Notes: generated by a model from the letters alone, not told the origin. A stretch of 60,966 nt of DNA from Candidatus Limnocylindrales bacterium (GCA_035688935.1 DASSMI010000046.1:1-60966); one strand, 5' to 3'. Positions 35,675 to 45,612 are shown, counted from the stretch's first letter. Made by a program: numbers and translations.

Positions 35675-38065
35675 GTGCCCCCTCTGGAGATCGCGATGCC
35701 CCAGCCCACCGATCCGCGCCCGCTCGACGACGCGGAGCTCGCTCGACTCGATGCGTGGTGGCGCGCCGCGAACTACCTCTCGGTCGGGCAGATCTACCTC
35801 CTGGCCAACCCGCTTCTCACGGAGCCCCTCCGGCCGGAGCACGTCAAGGCGCGCCTCCTCGGTCACTGGGGGACGACTCCGGGGCTGAATCTCATCTACA
35901 CCCACCTGAACCGCGTGATCCTCGCCCGGAATCTCGATGCGATCTGGATCGTCGGCCCCGGCCACGGCGGCCCGGCCGCGGTCGCGAATGCGTGGCTCGA
36001 GGGGACGCTGAGCGAGGTCTACCCCGACGTCAGCCTCGACGAGCCGGGGATGGCTCGGCTCTTCAAGCAGTTCTCCTTCCCTGGCGGGGTCGGGTCGCAC
36101 GTCACCCCCGAGACGCCGGGCAGCATCCACGAGGGCGGCGAGCTCGGGTACTCGCTTGCACACGCGTACGGGGCGGCGTTCGACGCTCCCGACCTCACGG
36201 TGTTCTGTGTCGTCGGCGACGGCGAGGCGGAGACGGGGCCGCTCGCGACCGGCTGGCACGGCAACAAGTTCCTCAGCCCGCGGACGGACGGCGCGGTCAT
36301 CCCGATCCTGCACCTGAACGGCTACAAGATCGCGAACCCGACGATCCTCGCCCGGATCCCGGAAGCGGAGCTGCTCGAATTCGCCCGGGGCAACGGCTAT
36401 GACCCGATCATCGTCGGCGGCGATGAGCCCGAGCCGGTTCATCAGGCGCTCGCCGCCGCGCTCGATGCGGCCCTCGACCGCGTTGCCGAGCTCCAGCGCC
36501 GAGCCCGCGAGGACGGTTCGGACGACCGGCCGATCTGGCCGATGATCATCCTCCGAACGCCGAAGGGCTGGACCGGGCCGAAGGAGGTCGACGGGCTCCC
36601 GACCGAGGGAACGTGGCGCTCCCATCAGGTCCCGTTCGCGAACGTCCGTGGGGACGCCGAGCATCTCCGGCTCCTCGAGGGGTGGCTCCGGAGCTACCGG
36701 GCGAACGAGCTCTTCGACGCCGAGGGGCGGCCTCGCCGCGACGTCCTGGCCGAGGCCCCGCGGGGCGATCGTCGGCTGAGCGCCAACCCGATCACGAACG
36801 CCGGCGGTCCGGACGCGGCCGAGCTCGCGCTGCCGGACTTCCGCGAGCACGCCGTGGCCGTCGACGCGCCCGGCCGGGCCTTCTCCGAAGCGACGCGGGT
36901 GACCGGAGCGTGGCTCCGTGACGTGATCCGGGCGAACCCGCGGACATTCCGGGTCTTCGGGCCGGACGAGACGGCCTCGAACCGGCTCGGGGCCGTCCTC
37001 GAGGCGACCGACAAGGCATGGCAGGAGGCGATCGTCCCAACCGACGAGGATCTGGGTCGGACGGGTCAGGTCGTCGAGGTCCTCTCGGAGCACAACTGTC
37101 AGGGCTGGCTCGAGGGCTACACGCTGACGGGGCGCCACGGCGTGTTCGACTGCTACGAGGCGTTCATCCACATCGTCGACTCGATGGTCAACCAGCACGC
37201 GAAGTGGCTGAAGATGACCCGCGAGATCCCTTGGCGACGGCCGCTCCCCTCGCTCAACTACCTCCTTTCGAGCCATGTGTGGCGCCAGGACCACAACGGC
37301 TTCAGCCACCAGGACCCGGGCTTCATCGACTTCGTGATGAACAAGAAAGCCGAGGTCATCCGCGTCTACCTGCCGCCGGACGCGAACACGCTGCTGTCGG
37401 TCATGGACCACTGCCTCCGCTCGCACCACTACATCAACGTCGTGGTCGCCGGGAAGCAGCCGGCGCTGACGTACCTGGAGATGGATGCGGCGATCCGGCA
37501 CTGCGCCGCCGGGCTGGGCGTGTGGGACTGGGCGAGCCACGGCGTCGGCCAGCCCGATGTGGTCCTCGGCTGTGCCGGCGACGTCCCGACCCTCGAGACG
37601 CTCGCGGCGGCGGCGATCCTTCGGCGCGAGCTGCCGGACCTCCGAGTCCGCGTCGTCAACGTCGTCGACCTGATGCGTCTCCAGCCGCCCGAGGAGCATC
37701 CCCACGGCATCAGCGACGCCGCGTTCGACGCGCTCTTCACGACCGATCGGCCGATCGTCTTCGCCTATCACGGGTATCCGTGGCTGATCCATCGCCTCAC
37801 GTACCGGCGGACGAACCACGACAACCTCCACGTCCGCGGATACAAGGAGGAGGGAACGGTGACGACGCCGTTCGACATGGTCATGCGCAACGACCTCGAC
37901 CGGTTCCACCTGGTCATGGACGTCATCGATCGCGTGCCCGGGCTTGGGCCCCGTGCGGCGGAGGTGCGAGCACGGATGGTCGCGGAGCGGGCGCGAGCGA
38001 ATGCCTACGCGCGCGAAACCGGCGACGACCCGGCCGACATCCGCGACTGGGTCTGGCCCGGTTGA
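35675..38065 (+). CDS. xfp: xylulose-5-phosphate/fructose-6-phosphate phosphoketolase
   Basis: About 796 aa. N-terminus [23 protein letters not shown] and EGGELGYSL are hallmark phosphoketolase motifs. Confidence 0.93.
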   Translation: MPPLEIAMPQPTDPRPLDDAELARLDAWWRAANYLSVGQIYLLANPLLTEPLRPEHVKARLLGHWGTTPGLNLIYTHLNRVILARNLDAIWIVGPGHGGPAAVANAWLEGTLSEVYPDVSLDEPGMARLFKQFSFPGGVGSHVTPETPGSIHEGGELGYSLAHAYGAAFDAPDLTVFCVVGDGEAETGPLATGWHGNKFLSPRTDGAVIPILHLNGYKIANPTILARIPEAELLEFARGNGYDPIIVGGDEPEPVHQALAAALDAALDRVAELQRRAREDGSDDRPIWPMIILRTPKGWTGPKEVDGLPTEGTWRSHQVPFANVRGDAEHLRLLEGWLRSYRANELFDAEGRPRRDVLAEAPRGDRRLSANPITNAGGPDAAELALPDFREHAVAVDAPGRAFSEATRVTGAWLRDVIRANPRTFRVFGPDETASNRLGAVLEATDKAWQEAIVPTDEDLGRTGQVVEVLSEHNCQGWLEGYTLTGRHGVFDCYEAFIHIVDSMVNQHAKWLKMTREIPWRRPLPSLNYLLSSHVWRQDHNGFSHQDPGFIDFVMNKKAEVIRVYLPPDANTLLSVMDHCLRSHHYINVVVAGKQPALTYLEMDAAIRHCAAGLGVWDWASHGVGQPDVVLGCAGDVPTLETLAAAAILRRELPDLRVRVVNVVDLMRLQPPEEHPHGISDAAFDALFTTDRPIVFAYHGYPWLIHRLTYRRTNHDNLHVRGYKEEGTVTTPFDMVMRNDLDRFHLVMDVIDRVPGLGPRAAEVRARMVAERARANAYARETGDDPADIRDWVWPG

Positions 38066-39225
38066 CGGTCAGCGTCCGCGTCCTCGTCCTGAATCCGGGC
38101 TCCAGCACGCTGAAGGCGACCGTCCTGGAGCCGCCCGATCGATCGGCGCTCGCGACGGTCGAGGTCGAACGAGGAGACGACGCCAGTCGCGGGCGTGACT
38201 CCGGCGGTCGAGCCGTCGAGGGGGCACTCGCCGCGATCCGCGGTCATGGCATCGATGTGGCCGCGATCGGCGCCGTCGGCTACCGGGTGGTCCACGGCGC
38301 GAGCCAGTTCCGGGAGCCGGTCGTCATCGACGATTCGGTCGTCGAGCGGATCGAGGCCCTCGGCACGTTGGCGCCGCTTCACAACGCGGTCGCCGCGGCG
38401 ACGATCCGGGCCGGGCGGGCGGCCGTGCCCGCGGCGACGCACGTCGCCTGCTTCGACACGGCCTTCCATGCGTCTCTCCCGGAGGACGCGGTCCGCTACG
38501 CGGTGCCCGCGCGATGGGTCGCCGAACGGGGTGTCCGCAGGTACGGATTCCACGGGCTCTCGGTCCAATGGGCGACCCGGCGCGTGGCGGAGCTGCTCGA
38601 CCGGCCCCCGCACGAGCTCGGGATCGTCGTCGCGCACCTCGGGAGCGGCTGCTCGGTGACCGCCGTGGACGGTGGCCGGTCCGTCGACACGTCGATGGGG
38701 ATGACGCCGCTCGAGGGCCTCGTGATGGGCACCCGAGCCGGCTCGCTCGATCCGGGCATCATCCTCATGCTGCTCCGCGACCGATCGATGACGGCCGCGG
38801 AGCTCGCCGAGGACCTGGATCACCGGTCCGGTCTGCTCGGTCTGTCGGAGCGTTCCGCCGACGTCCGGGAGCTGCTCGCCGCCGAGGCCGACGGGGACGA
38901 CGCCGCGCGGCTCGCGCTTGCGGTGTTCGTCCGGCGCGCGGCCGCCGGGATCGGGGCGGCGGCGACCGCGCTCCCGCGCGTGGATGTCATCGTGTTCACC
39001 GGTGGCATCGGCGAGCACTCGTCGGAGATCCGCCGGCGAATCGTCGGTCGACTGTCGCCGCTCGGGGTCGACGGCCTGCGCGACGCGGAGCCGGCGACCG
39101 CCGAGTGGGTCCTGGAGGCGCGGTCCGGGCCAGCGATCGCCGTCGTTCGCGCCCGCGAGGATGTCGTGGTCGCCGAGGCAGCGGCGGCGCTGGCCGGCCG
39201 CGGCGCGACGATGTCGCCTCTCTAG
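38062..39225 (+). CDS. ackA: acetate kinase
   Basis: N-terminal motif [12 protein letters not shown], plus FHGLSVQW and typical ASKHA sequence. The only start codon near the N-terminus in this frame is TTG 38062, overlapping the xfp stop (TTGA). Confidence 0.88.
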   Translation: MTVSVRVLVLNPGSSTLKATVLEPPDRSALATVEVERGDDASRGRDSGGRAVEGALAAIRGHGIDVAAIGAVGYRVVHGASQFREPVVIDDSVVERIEALGTLAPLHNAVAAATIRAGRAAVPAATHVACFDTAFHASLPEDAVRYAVPARWVAERGVRRYGFHGLSVQWATRRVAELLDRPPHELGIVVAHLGSGCSVTAVDGGRSVDTSMGMTPLEGLVMGTRAGSLDPGIILMLLRDRSMTAAELAEDLDHRSGLLGLSERSADVRELLAAEADGDDAARLALAVFVRRAAAGIGAAATALPRVDVIVFTGGIGEHSSEIRRRIVGRLSPLGVDGLRDAEPATAEWVLEARSGPAIAVVRAREDVVVAEAAAALAGRGATMSPL

Positions 39226-40208
39226 GCGACCGATGCCGACTTCGCCTGTGCGATCAGGCTTGCGGCTTCCTGGATCGGGATGGCGAAGCCGAGGCCTTCG
39301 GCGCTCGCCGCCGTCGCCGTGTTCACGCCGACCACCTGGCCCGCGGCGTTCAGGAGCGGGCCACCGCTGTTGCCCTGGTTGATCGCCGCGTCCGTCTGGA
39401 TCAGACCCTTGAGGGTGACGGGCCGGCCGGTCTGCTCGTCCTGGACCGTGATCGTCCGGTCGAGGGCGGAGACGATCCCCTTCGTGACAGTCTCGGTGTA
39501 CGTCCCGAGCGGGCTGCCGATCGCGATCGCCGTCTGGCCGACCGCGATCCCGTCGCTGTCGCCGATCGTCGCGGGCTTCAGCCCGGTCGCCGCGATCTTG
39601 ACGAGGGCGAGGTCCTGGTCGTCGGAGACTTTCACGACGGTGGCCGGGTACTCCGAGCCATCGGCGAGCGTGGCCTTGAGGCTCGTCGAGCCCTCGACGA
39701 CGTGGCGGTTCGTCAGCGTGTAGCCATCGGCCGTGAGGATGATCCCGGACCCGATGCCGGTCGCGGTGCCGCCGAAGGGTCCGCGCGCCGACTGGATCTC
39801 GGACGTCAGCGTCACGACGGAGTCCTTGGCGCTCGCGACGACGTCCGTGATGTCCTCGTGGGTCACCGTCGTGACGGTCGTGCCGCCGTTGCTGGTGACG
39901 TTCGCATTCGGCGTGGCGGCTGGCGGGCTGACGAGGGCCGCCGGCCGCACGATGCCGACGACGGCCGCGGTCCCGCCCGATGCGAGCACCGCCGACAGCA
40001 GGGCCGCAGCGACGACCGTTCGGCCGCCGCTTCGTCGGCCCCGCGGGGCCGGCGCGGGTGCCACGGCAGCCGCTGGTTGAGCGCTCTGAGCGGCGTCCCA
40101 GCCCGCGGCCGGCGCGACCGGCCGCGTCGGAAATGGGGCGGTCGGCTCGGAAGCGGGATCGGTCGAGCCGGAGGGGTTCGTCGGGAAGGGGGAGTCGTCT
40201 GAGGTCAT
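39222..40208 (-). CDS. membrane-anchored trypsin-like (S1C/HtrA-type) serine protease lacking a PDZ domain
   Basis: Catalytic triad contexts TLTNRHVV (His), DQDLALVKI (Asp) and GNSGGPLLN (Ser). N-terminal TM anchor. The protein ends about 40 aa after the Ser motif, leaving no room for a PDZ domain. Confidence 0.8.
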   Translation of the reverse strand: MTSDDSPFPTNPSGSTDPASEPTAPFPTRPVAPAAGWDAAQSAQPAAAVAPAPAPRGRRSGGRTVVAAALLSAVLASGGTAAVVGIVRPAALVSPPAATPNANVTSNGGTTVTTVTHEDITDVVASAKDSVVTLTSEIQSARGPFGGTATGIGSGIILTADGYTLTNRHVVEGSTSLKATLADGSEYPATVVKVSDDQDLALVKIAATGLKPATIGDSDGIAVGQTAIAIGSPLGTYTETVTKGIVSALDRTITVQDEQTGRPVTLKGLIQTDAAINQGNSGGPLLNAAGQVVGVNTATAASAEGLGFAIPIQEAASLIAQAKSASVA

Positions 40209-40337
40209 GACGCGGGAGTCTCCGGATCAGGCAGGGATCGTGTCACCGTCCATGACACGCTCGGCCCGTGAGATCGTCCTGAGACTGGATTCCGCGTGAC
40301 AACGCGCGCCGGCGCGCTCCGAGGGGTGGGTCGCCGG

Positions 40338-41243
40338 TCAGCCGGGCGCGGAGCTCGCGCTCGGGGCGCCGGAGGGACCCGGCCGGTCGCGCTTCTGATG
40401 CTCTCGGCGGAAGTCGCCCAGCTTCCCGGCGAGGATGCCGGACGCATCGATCGAGCCGTCGCCACGGCGGTCGCCGGCGACGATCACGACGAGGCCCTTG
40501 GCCAGATCCTGCGCTGTCGCGTTCTCCTTGCCCTGGACCCGGATCTTCGTGGTCGGCGCGATGTGGATCGTCACGGTCGCGCCGTCGCGATCGGTGATCG
40601 TGATCGTCCCGTCCGAGGTGGATTGGATCGTGCCGATGACGGTCGGCAGGACGACGTCGACCGCGGTGATCGTGAACGTGCCGTCGTCGCTCCGTCGCTG
40701 GCGGAACCGGATCGCGTCGCCGACATGCAGGTCCGCTGCCGTCGCGGGCGCACCGCCCCTCGTGATCGTCGTCGTCGACGTGAGCTGGATCGTGCGCGTC
40801 CACCCGTCGACCGTTGCGAGGGAGACGGACGAGCCGTCGATCGCCGTGATCGTGACGCCGCCGGCGCCGCGACCGAACCCCTTCCCGGGCCCACCACCGC
40901 CGAAGCCGATGATCGGGCCGAGTCCACCGAACGGCCCGAACACGCCGTGGCCGAACCCGTGACCGTTCCGAGGTCCCTTCTCGCCGCCGGGCCCGGGCGA
41001 GCCGCTCGCGGCCGCGACGCCAGGGTTCGCGCCGGCCGTGCTCGTCGTCCGCGGTCCCGCCCCCATCGCGACGGCGGAGCCGATCACGACGACGAGCGCG
41101 GTGCCGAGGACCAGCCCGGCCCGGATCGCCGAGGTCTTCGACGGCGTGCGGCCGGAGAAGGCGGGAGTCGCGGACGGGTCCCGGTCGCCAGGTGCGCTCC
41201 TGGGTCCGGTGGCATCGCGGGCTGGCGCGGTCGACGTCTCCAT
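40338..41243 (-). CDS. membrane-anchored protein with a Gly-rich linker and repeated DUF5666-like beta domains
   Basis: TM helix (AGLVLGTALVVVIGSAVAMG) and a GFGHGVFGPFGGLGPIIGFGGGGPGKGFG linker. Repeated units follow, such as VTITAIDGSSVSLATVDGW...TTITRGG, TITAVDVVL and TITITDRDGATVTIHIAPTTKI. Confidence 0.6.
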   Translation of the reverse strand: METSTAPARDATGPRSAPGDRDPSATPAFSGRTPSKTSAIRAGLVLGTALVVVIGSAVAMGAGPRTTSTAGANPGVAAASGSPGPGGEKGPRNGHGFGHGVFGPFGGLGPIIGFGGGGPGKGFGRGAGGVTITAIDGSSVSLATVDGWTRTIQLTSTTTITRGGAPATAADLHVGDAIRFRQRRSDDGTFTITAVDVVLPTVIGTIQSTSDGTITITDRDGATVTIHIAPTTKIRVQGKENATAQDLAKGLVVIVAGDRRGDGSIDASGILAGKLGDFRREHQKRDRPGPSGAPSASSAPG

Positions 41244-41316
41244 CCGGCCCCGATCCTACGGGACGGCGGGCGGTGTGTCCTGAGAGCGGTGCGCCGACGC
41301 GCCGCGGGCTCTCGCG

Positions 41317-42747
41317 TCAGCGAGCGTCCGCCGGCTCGCCCGCGTGCCCGCCAGACAGCCGGCCGTGCCGTTCGGCTGCCTCGCTCGGCGGCGCGTCGGC
41401 AGCCGGAAGGCGAACGATGAACCGGGCCCCACCGTCCGACCGGTTGGTCACGATGATCCGGCCGTCGTGGAGGTCGACGATCGACTTCGCGATCGCCAGG
41501 CCGAGCCCGGTCCCGCCGGTGGACTGGCCGGGTGCCCGCCAGAATCGTTCGAAGACGTGGGGCATATCCTCGGCTCGGATCCCGGGGCCGTCGTCATCGA
41601 CCTCGAGGACCGCCTCGCGGGCGTCGGCGCGGACGGTGACGCGGACGCGGCCGTCGCGCGGCGTGTGCCGGATCGCGTTGTCGACGAGGATGACGATCAG
41701 CTGGCGGAGCCTGGCGTGATCGCCGTCGACGATGGCGGGCTCGGGGTCGAGCCCCAGCGTCACGCCGCGGTCGGCTGCCGTCGTGGCGAGCGCGCCGGCG
41801 CCATCTGCCGCGATGTCGCCGAGGTCCACGGGCAGGCGCGTCAGCGAGATCGCGCCCGAATCCGAGCGGGCCAGGAGCAGCAGGTCCTCGACGAGCGAGG
41901 TGAGGTGGCCCACCTCGACCTCGATGTCATCGAGGGCATCCGAGGGAGCCGCGTCCGGCTCGCGCGACCGTCGGAGGTGCTCGACCGAGCTGCGGATCAC
42001 GGTGAGCGGCGTACGCAGCTCGTGGCTGGCGTCCGCGGCGAACTCACGCTGCCGGCGCAGCGCGGCCCGCTGCTGCACCAGGGATTCGCGGATCGGGACC
42101 AGCGCGCGACGGGCATACACCCACCCGAAGACGACGGCCACGGCCACGACGACCAGTCCGCCGCCGAGCAGGACCGTCCGCATCGCATCGAGCGTCTGGA
42201 CCTCCGCCGTGCGGTCCTGGATCACCTGGACGTAGACCGTGCCGAACTCCTGCGAGGTCGCCTGGGTGGTCCGCACGCGGATCGGTAGATCGTCGATGAC
42301 GTCCGTGCGCGTGTCGACGCCATCGGGCGCCGCCTTCGCCGCGTCGATCCCGGACTGGATCGGCAGCCCGTTCGGGACGATCGGGACGCCCGGCCCGACA
42401 TGGATCGCCTGGCCCCCTTCGCTGGCGATCAGCGCGAACGTCCCGCTCGAGCCGCCCCCGAAGCTGAAGCCCTGGCTCGGTCCGATCGGACGCCTGGCGA
42501 ACTCGGCCGTCCGGTTCTTCAGCAGCTCGTCACCGGTCGCCTCGAGGTTGCGGGCGACGACGAGGTAGAGCGACGCACCCAGCACGAGCAGCACGAGGAG
42601 CGTCGAGAGCCCGCTCCACAGCACGAGCCGCAGCCGGACGTTCCGGATGAGCCGGCCATCCGCGGCCAGCGCGCGCTCGTCGGCTGGGGCGACCGAGCCG
42701 GGTTCCGCGGCGACGCCGTCAGGCATTGTTGAGACGGTAGCCGACAC
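41317..42747 (-). CDS. sensor histidine kinase (2 TM, HAMP, HisKA, HATPase)
   Basis: H-box ADASHELRTPLTVI, N-box VDNAIRHTP, G1 DDGPGI, G2 GGTGLGLAI. The start may instead be the internal Met at 42726, giving a shorter overlap with the RR gene. Confidence 0.85.
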   Translation of the reverse strand: MSATVSTMPDGVAAEPGSVAPADERALAADGRLIRNVRLRLVLWSGLSTLLVLLVLGASLYLVVARNLEATGDELLKNRTAEFARRPIGPSQGFSFGGGSSGTFALIASEGGQAIHVGPGVPIVPNGLPIQSGIDAAKAAPDGVDTRTDVIDDLPIRVRTTQATSQEFGTVYVQVIQDRTAEVQTLDAMRTVLLGGGLVVVAVAVVFGWVYARRALVPIRESLVQQRAALRRQREFAADASHELRTPLTVIRSSVEHLRRSREPDAAPSDALDDIEVEVGHLTSLVEDLLLLARSDSGAISLTRLPVDLGDIAADGAGALATTAADRGVTLGLDPEPAIVDGDHARLRQLIVILVDNAIRHTPRDGRVRVTVRADAREAVLEVDDDGPGIRAEDMPHVFERFWRAPGQSTGGTGLGLAIAKSIVDLHDGRIIVTNRSDGGARFIVRLPAADAPPSEAAERHGRLSGGHAGEPADAR

Positions 42748-43396
42748 CGCGAACCGTCTCGATCCGATCGCCCTCGGACCCGAGCTTCGTCCGGAGATAG
42801 TGGACGTAGGCGTCGACCGCGTTCGGCGTGACCGCGACCCCGAACGGCCACGCCTGGTCGAGGAGCTGGTCGCGACTGAGCGCCTGGCCGGGGTGGCGCA
42901 GGAGCGATTCCAGCAGCGAGAACTCGCGCGGGCTGAGGTCGACCTGGCGGTCCCTGACCGTCACCGTCCGGGATGCCTCGTCGAGCGCGATCGGACCGGC
43001 GACCAGGCGCGGGCCGGGCCGCCGGGCCCCGTTCTCCGCCCGACGTCCCAGCGCCCGGAGGCGCGCGGCAAGCTCGTCGTACGCGAACGGCTTGACGAGG
43101 TAGTCGTCGGCCCCGGCGTCGAGGCCGGTCACCCGATCGGTGATCGTGTCGCGCGCGGTGAGCATCAGGATCGCGAGGTCACGCTTCTCGCGGCGGATCC
43201 GGCGGGCGACCTCCAGGCCGCTGATGTCGGGCAGCCCGACGTCGAGGATCACGACGTCGATCCCATTCTCGCCGAGCGCGAGGTCCAGCCCGGTCTCGCC
43301 GTCGGCGGCGATCTCGACGTTGTGGCGGTCCTGTTCGAGGAGGCGAGCGAGCGACCGACCGAGCCGCTCGTCGTCCTCGACGAGGAGGAGCTTCAT
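42719..43396 (-). CDS. OmpR/PhoB-family response regulator
   Basis: The real gene is the C-terminal 225 aa of track ORF 42719..43615. Start ATG 43396-43394 was verified. MKLLLVEDD..., phospho-acceptor context VILDVGLPD, and a winged-helix C-terminus ending TVRGVGYRL. Confidence 0.9.
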   Translation of the reverse strand: MKLLLVEDDERLGRSLARLLEQDRHNVEIAADGETGLDLALGENGIDVVILDVGLPDISGLEVARRIRREKRDLAILMLTARDTITDRVTGLDAGADDYLVKPFAYDELAARLRALGRRAENGARRPGPRLVAGPIALDEASRTVTVRDRQVDLSPREFSLLESLLRHPGQALSRDQLLDQAWPFGVAVTPNAVDAYVHYLRTKLGSEGDRIETVRGVGYRLNNA

Positions 43397-43478
43397 CGTG
43401 TCCGTCCCTGCGTTCGCCGTCGACTGGTGGTCAATCGTCCGCCGGCCCGTCGATCGTGCCAGATGCCGGCGAGGGTGT

Positions 43479-43525
43479 CCCCGCCGTGGACCGGGAGGAG
43501 GAGGGGAGACGGTCCACGGCCGGGG
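43479..43525. other. very stable hairpin / inverted repeat with a 16-nt polypurine loop in a 380-bp intergenic region
   Basis: CCGTGGACCG (43484-43493) and CGGTCCACGG (43510-43519) form a perfect 10-bp stem, extendable to about 15 bp with one bulge. The loop is GGAGGAGGAGGGGAGA. Confidence 0.35.
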
Positions 43526-43776
43526 TTCGACGGCAACGATCGCCGCGACCGATGAGAGCGCCATGAGACGCCGTGGGCCGCGGATGGCGGCCCCGGTTGT
43601 GGGGAGCCGACCCATCCGGGGTACCAGCGACTAGCCCAAAGTACGGCTTGGCGACCCCATCCGCCCACCCATACGCTCTGCCCGTCAGCGAGCCGCAGTC
43701 CACCTCTGGGCACCCCACGGGCGCGCAGGACACGCAACGCAAACGAACGCGACCATAGCGAAGAGGCAACGACCAT

Positions 43777-43971
43777 ATGGGGTCCATGGCCGTCAACGAG
43801 CTCGGGCCGATGCTGACGGCGACCGAAGTCGCCGAGATGCTCCACCTTCACGTCAACACCGTGAAGCGGCTTGGTGACCGCGGCGAGCTCCCGTTCTATC
43901 GGGTCTGCAAGCGCGGCGACCGACGCTTCCGGCTCGACGACGTGATGAAGTTCCTCGCCCAGAACCGCTAG
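43777..43971 (+). CDS. small excisionase/MerR-like (HTH_17, BldC-like) DNA-binding protein
   Basis: 64 aa. MLTATEVAEMLHLHVNTVKRLGDRGELPFYRV...RFRLDDVMKFL matches the excisionase-family HTH pattern. Confidence 0.7.
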   Translation: MGSMAVNELGPMLTATEVAEMLHLHVNTVKRLGDRGELPFYRVCKRGDRRFRLDDVMKFLAQNR

Positions 43972-44061
43972 CCCGTCCGGGGCGGCGATGCCGCCCGCGA
44001 GCCGCTCCGTCTCTCTGAAGCGTCCGTCCGCCGACGGGCGCTTCATGGCGTCCCCGGGCGG

Positions 44062-45357
44062 TCAGACCTGGCGGAGGGCTTCGCCGAAGATCTCGACCGC
44101 CTCGGTGATCTCGGCCGCCGACGCATCGAGCGGCGGGATCCAGCGGATCACGTTGCCGGCGACGCCGCAGGTCAGGACCAGCAGGCCGAGATCGGCCGCC
44201 TTCGCGATCGCCGCCTTCGCCGTGACCGGGTCCGGGGCGCGCGTCTCGCGATCGGTCACGAACTCCACGCCCACCATGAGACCGCGTCCTCGCACGTCGC
44301 CGATCCGCGGTTCCTCGGCCGCGATCCGGCCCAGGCCGGCTCTCAGCTCCGCGCCGCGGGCTGCGGCGTTGGCGATGAGGCCCTCCTGCGCGATCGTCTC
44401 GAGGACCGCGATCCCCGCCGCGCAGGCGACCGGATTGCCGCCGTATGTCGACCCGTGCGCGCTCTTGCCCCAGCGCTCCATGACGTCGCGTGACGCGACG
44501 ATCGCCGACAGCGGAAGTCCGTTCGCGATCGCCTTGGCGAGGACGACGATGTCCGGGGCGATGCCGCTCTCCTCGAAGCCCCACATCCGGCCCGTCCGGG
44601 CGAAGCCCGTCTGGACCTCGTCGGCGATGAGCATGATCCCGTGCTCGTCGCACAGCGCGCGCAGCGCTCGCAGGAACGACGCGGGAGCCGGGTTGTAGCC
44701 ACCCTCGCCACGGACGGGCTCGATGAGCATCGAGCCGACGACCGACGGCGCGATCGAGCTGGCGAGGAGGCCGCGGAGGGCGGCGATCGCGGCCTCGGAC
44801 GCGCGTTCCTCGTCGGCGTCGAACTCCGGATACGCGGCCGGGTACGGAGCGATGTACACGCCGGGCAGGAGGGGCTCGTACCCCGTCCGGTAGTTCAGGC
44901 TGGAGGTCGTGACGCTCGTCGCGCCGAACGTCCGCCCATGGAACCCGCCGCGGAACGCCACGATCCCGGGCCGGCCCGTGACCCGCCGGGCGAGCTTCAG
45001 GGCGCCGTCGATCGCCTCGGAGCCCGAGTTGAGGAACATCACGCTGTCGAGGGACGGCGGCATCGTGCCGGCGATCATCGAGCTGAGCTCCACGACCGGC
45101 TGGGCGTAGCCCATCGCGCCCGTCGGGCCGATCAGCCGATCGACCTGCGCGTGGATCGCCGCGGTGACGCGCGGATGGTGATGACCAAGGGCGGTGACGG
45201 CGATGCCATTGGCGAAGTCGAGGTACGCACGGCCGTCCGTGTCGATGAGACGGTGGCCCTCGCCATGGCTCCAGCTCCGTTCGAAGTAGCGGCCGAGGAC
45301 GGGAGTCAGGTGCGTCGCGGACGCGGCGAGATCGGTCGTGACGGTCGGCTGATCCAT
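44062..45357 (-). CDS. class-III PLP-dependent aminotransferase (4-aminobutyrate/omega-aminotransferase type)
   Basis: Motifs GSEAIDGALKLAR, LIADEVQTGFARTGRMWGF, VVLAKAIANGLPLSA (PLP Lys) and GSTYGGNP. Confidence 0.9.
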   Translation of the reverse strand: MDQPTVTTDLAASATHLTPVLGRYFERSWSHGEGHRLIDTDGRAYLDFANGIAVTALGHHHPRVTAAIHAQVDRLIGPTGAMGYAQPVVELSSMIAGTMPPSLDSVMFLNSGSEAIDGALKLARRVTGRPGIVAFRGGFHGRTFGATSVTTSSLNYRTGYEPLLPGVYIAPYPAAYPEFDADEERASEAAIAALRGLLASSIAPSVVGSMLIEPVRGEGGYNPAPASFLRALRALCDEHGIMLIADEVQTGFARTGRMWGFEESGIAPDIVVLAKAIANGLPLSAIVASRDVMERWGKSAHGSTYGGNPVACAAGIAVLETIAQEGLIANAAARGAELRAGLGRIAAEEPRIGDVRGRGLMVGVEFVTDRETRAPDPVTAKAAIAKAADLGLLVLTCGVAGNVIRWIPPLDASAAEITEAVEIFGEALRQV

Positions 45358-45420
45358 CGGCCGAGTATAGGGAGCGCCCGGGCCGGAGCCCGGGCGCGTC
45401 GGAGGGCGTGGGTCGGCGGA

Positions 45421-45612
45421 TCAGCTGCCGGTCTGGCGCTGCTCCTTCTCCATCGTCGTCCCGCAGCAGCAGGTGAAGTTCGTCATCTGTTGCATCTTCG
45501 CGGGGTCGCCGTGGTGCCGAAGCCGGATCTCGCAGCCGCAGTTCGGACAGACGAAGTCGTCGCCCTCCTGCATCTGGATGCGGCGGGTCTGGTCGGTCTG
45601 CGTCAGGGTCAT
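45421..45612 (-). CDS. 63-aa Cys-rich small protein (possible MymT-like metallothionein / zinc ribbon)
   Basis: The real gene is probably only the C-terminal 63 aa of track ORF 45421..45900. Start ATG 45612-45610, preceded by AGGAAGGAG. Six Cys residues: CPNCGC ... CCCG. Lower GC than the flanking DNA. Confidence 0.5.
   Translation of the reverse strand: MTLTQTDQTRRIQMQEGDDFVCPNCGCEIRLRHHGDPAKMQQMTNFTCCCGTTMEKEQRQTGS

Noticed and set aside
35576-37909. 777-aa minus-strand ORF opposite the phosphoketolase gene. Similar giants lie at 47837-50008, 52974-55517, 56299-58059, 45710-47047 and 19639-22200.
   Set aside because: Each is antisense or out of frame relative to a gene with strong family motifs. 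All have Arg/Pro/Gly/Asp-dominated, low-information sequence.
43979-43995. Terminator hairpin GGGCGGC-GAT-GCCGCCC after the HTH gene
   Set aside because: The stem is only 7 bp, with no T-tract on either strand. It is too weak to call in a genome where GC-rich palindromes are frequent.
43393-44046. 217-aa minus-strand ORF spanning the large intergenic gap and the HTH gene
   Set aside because: It is antisense to a well-formed excisionase-type HTH ORF. It has no motifs and no ribosome-binding site.
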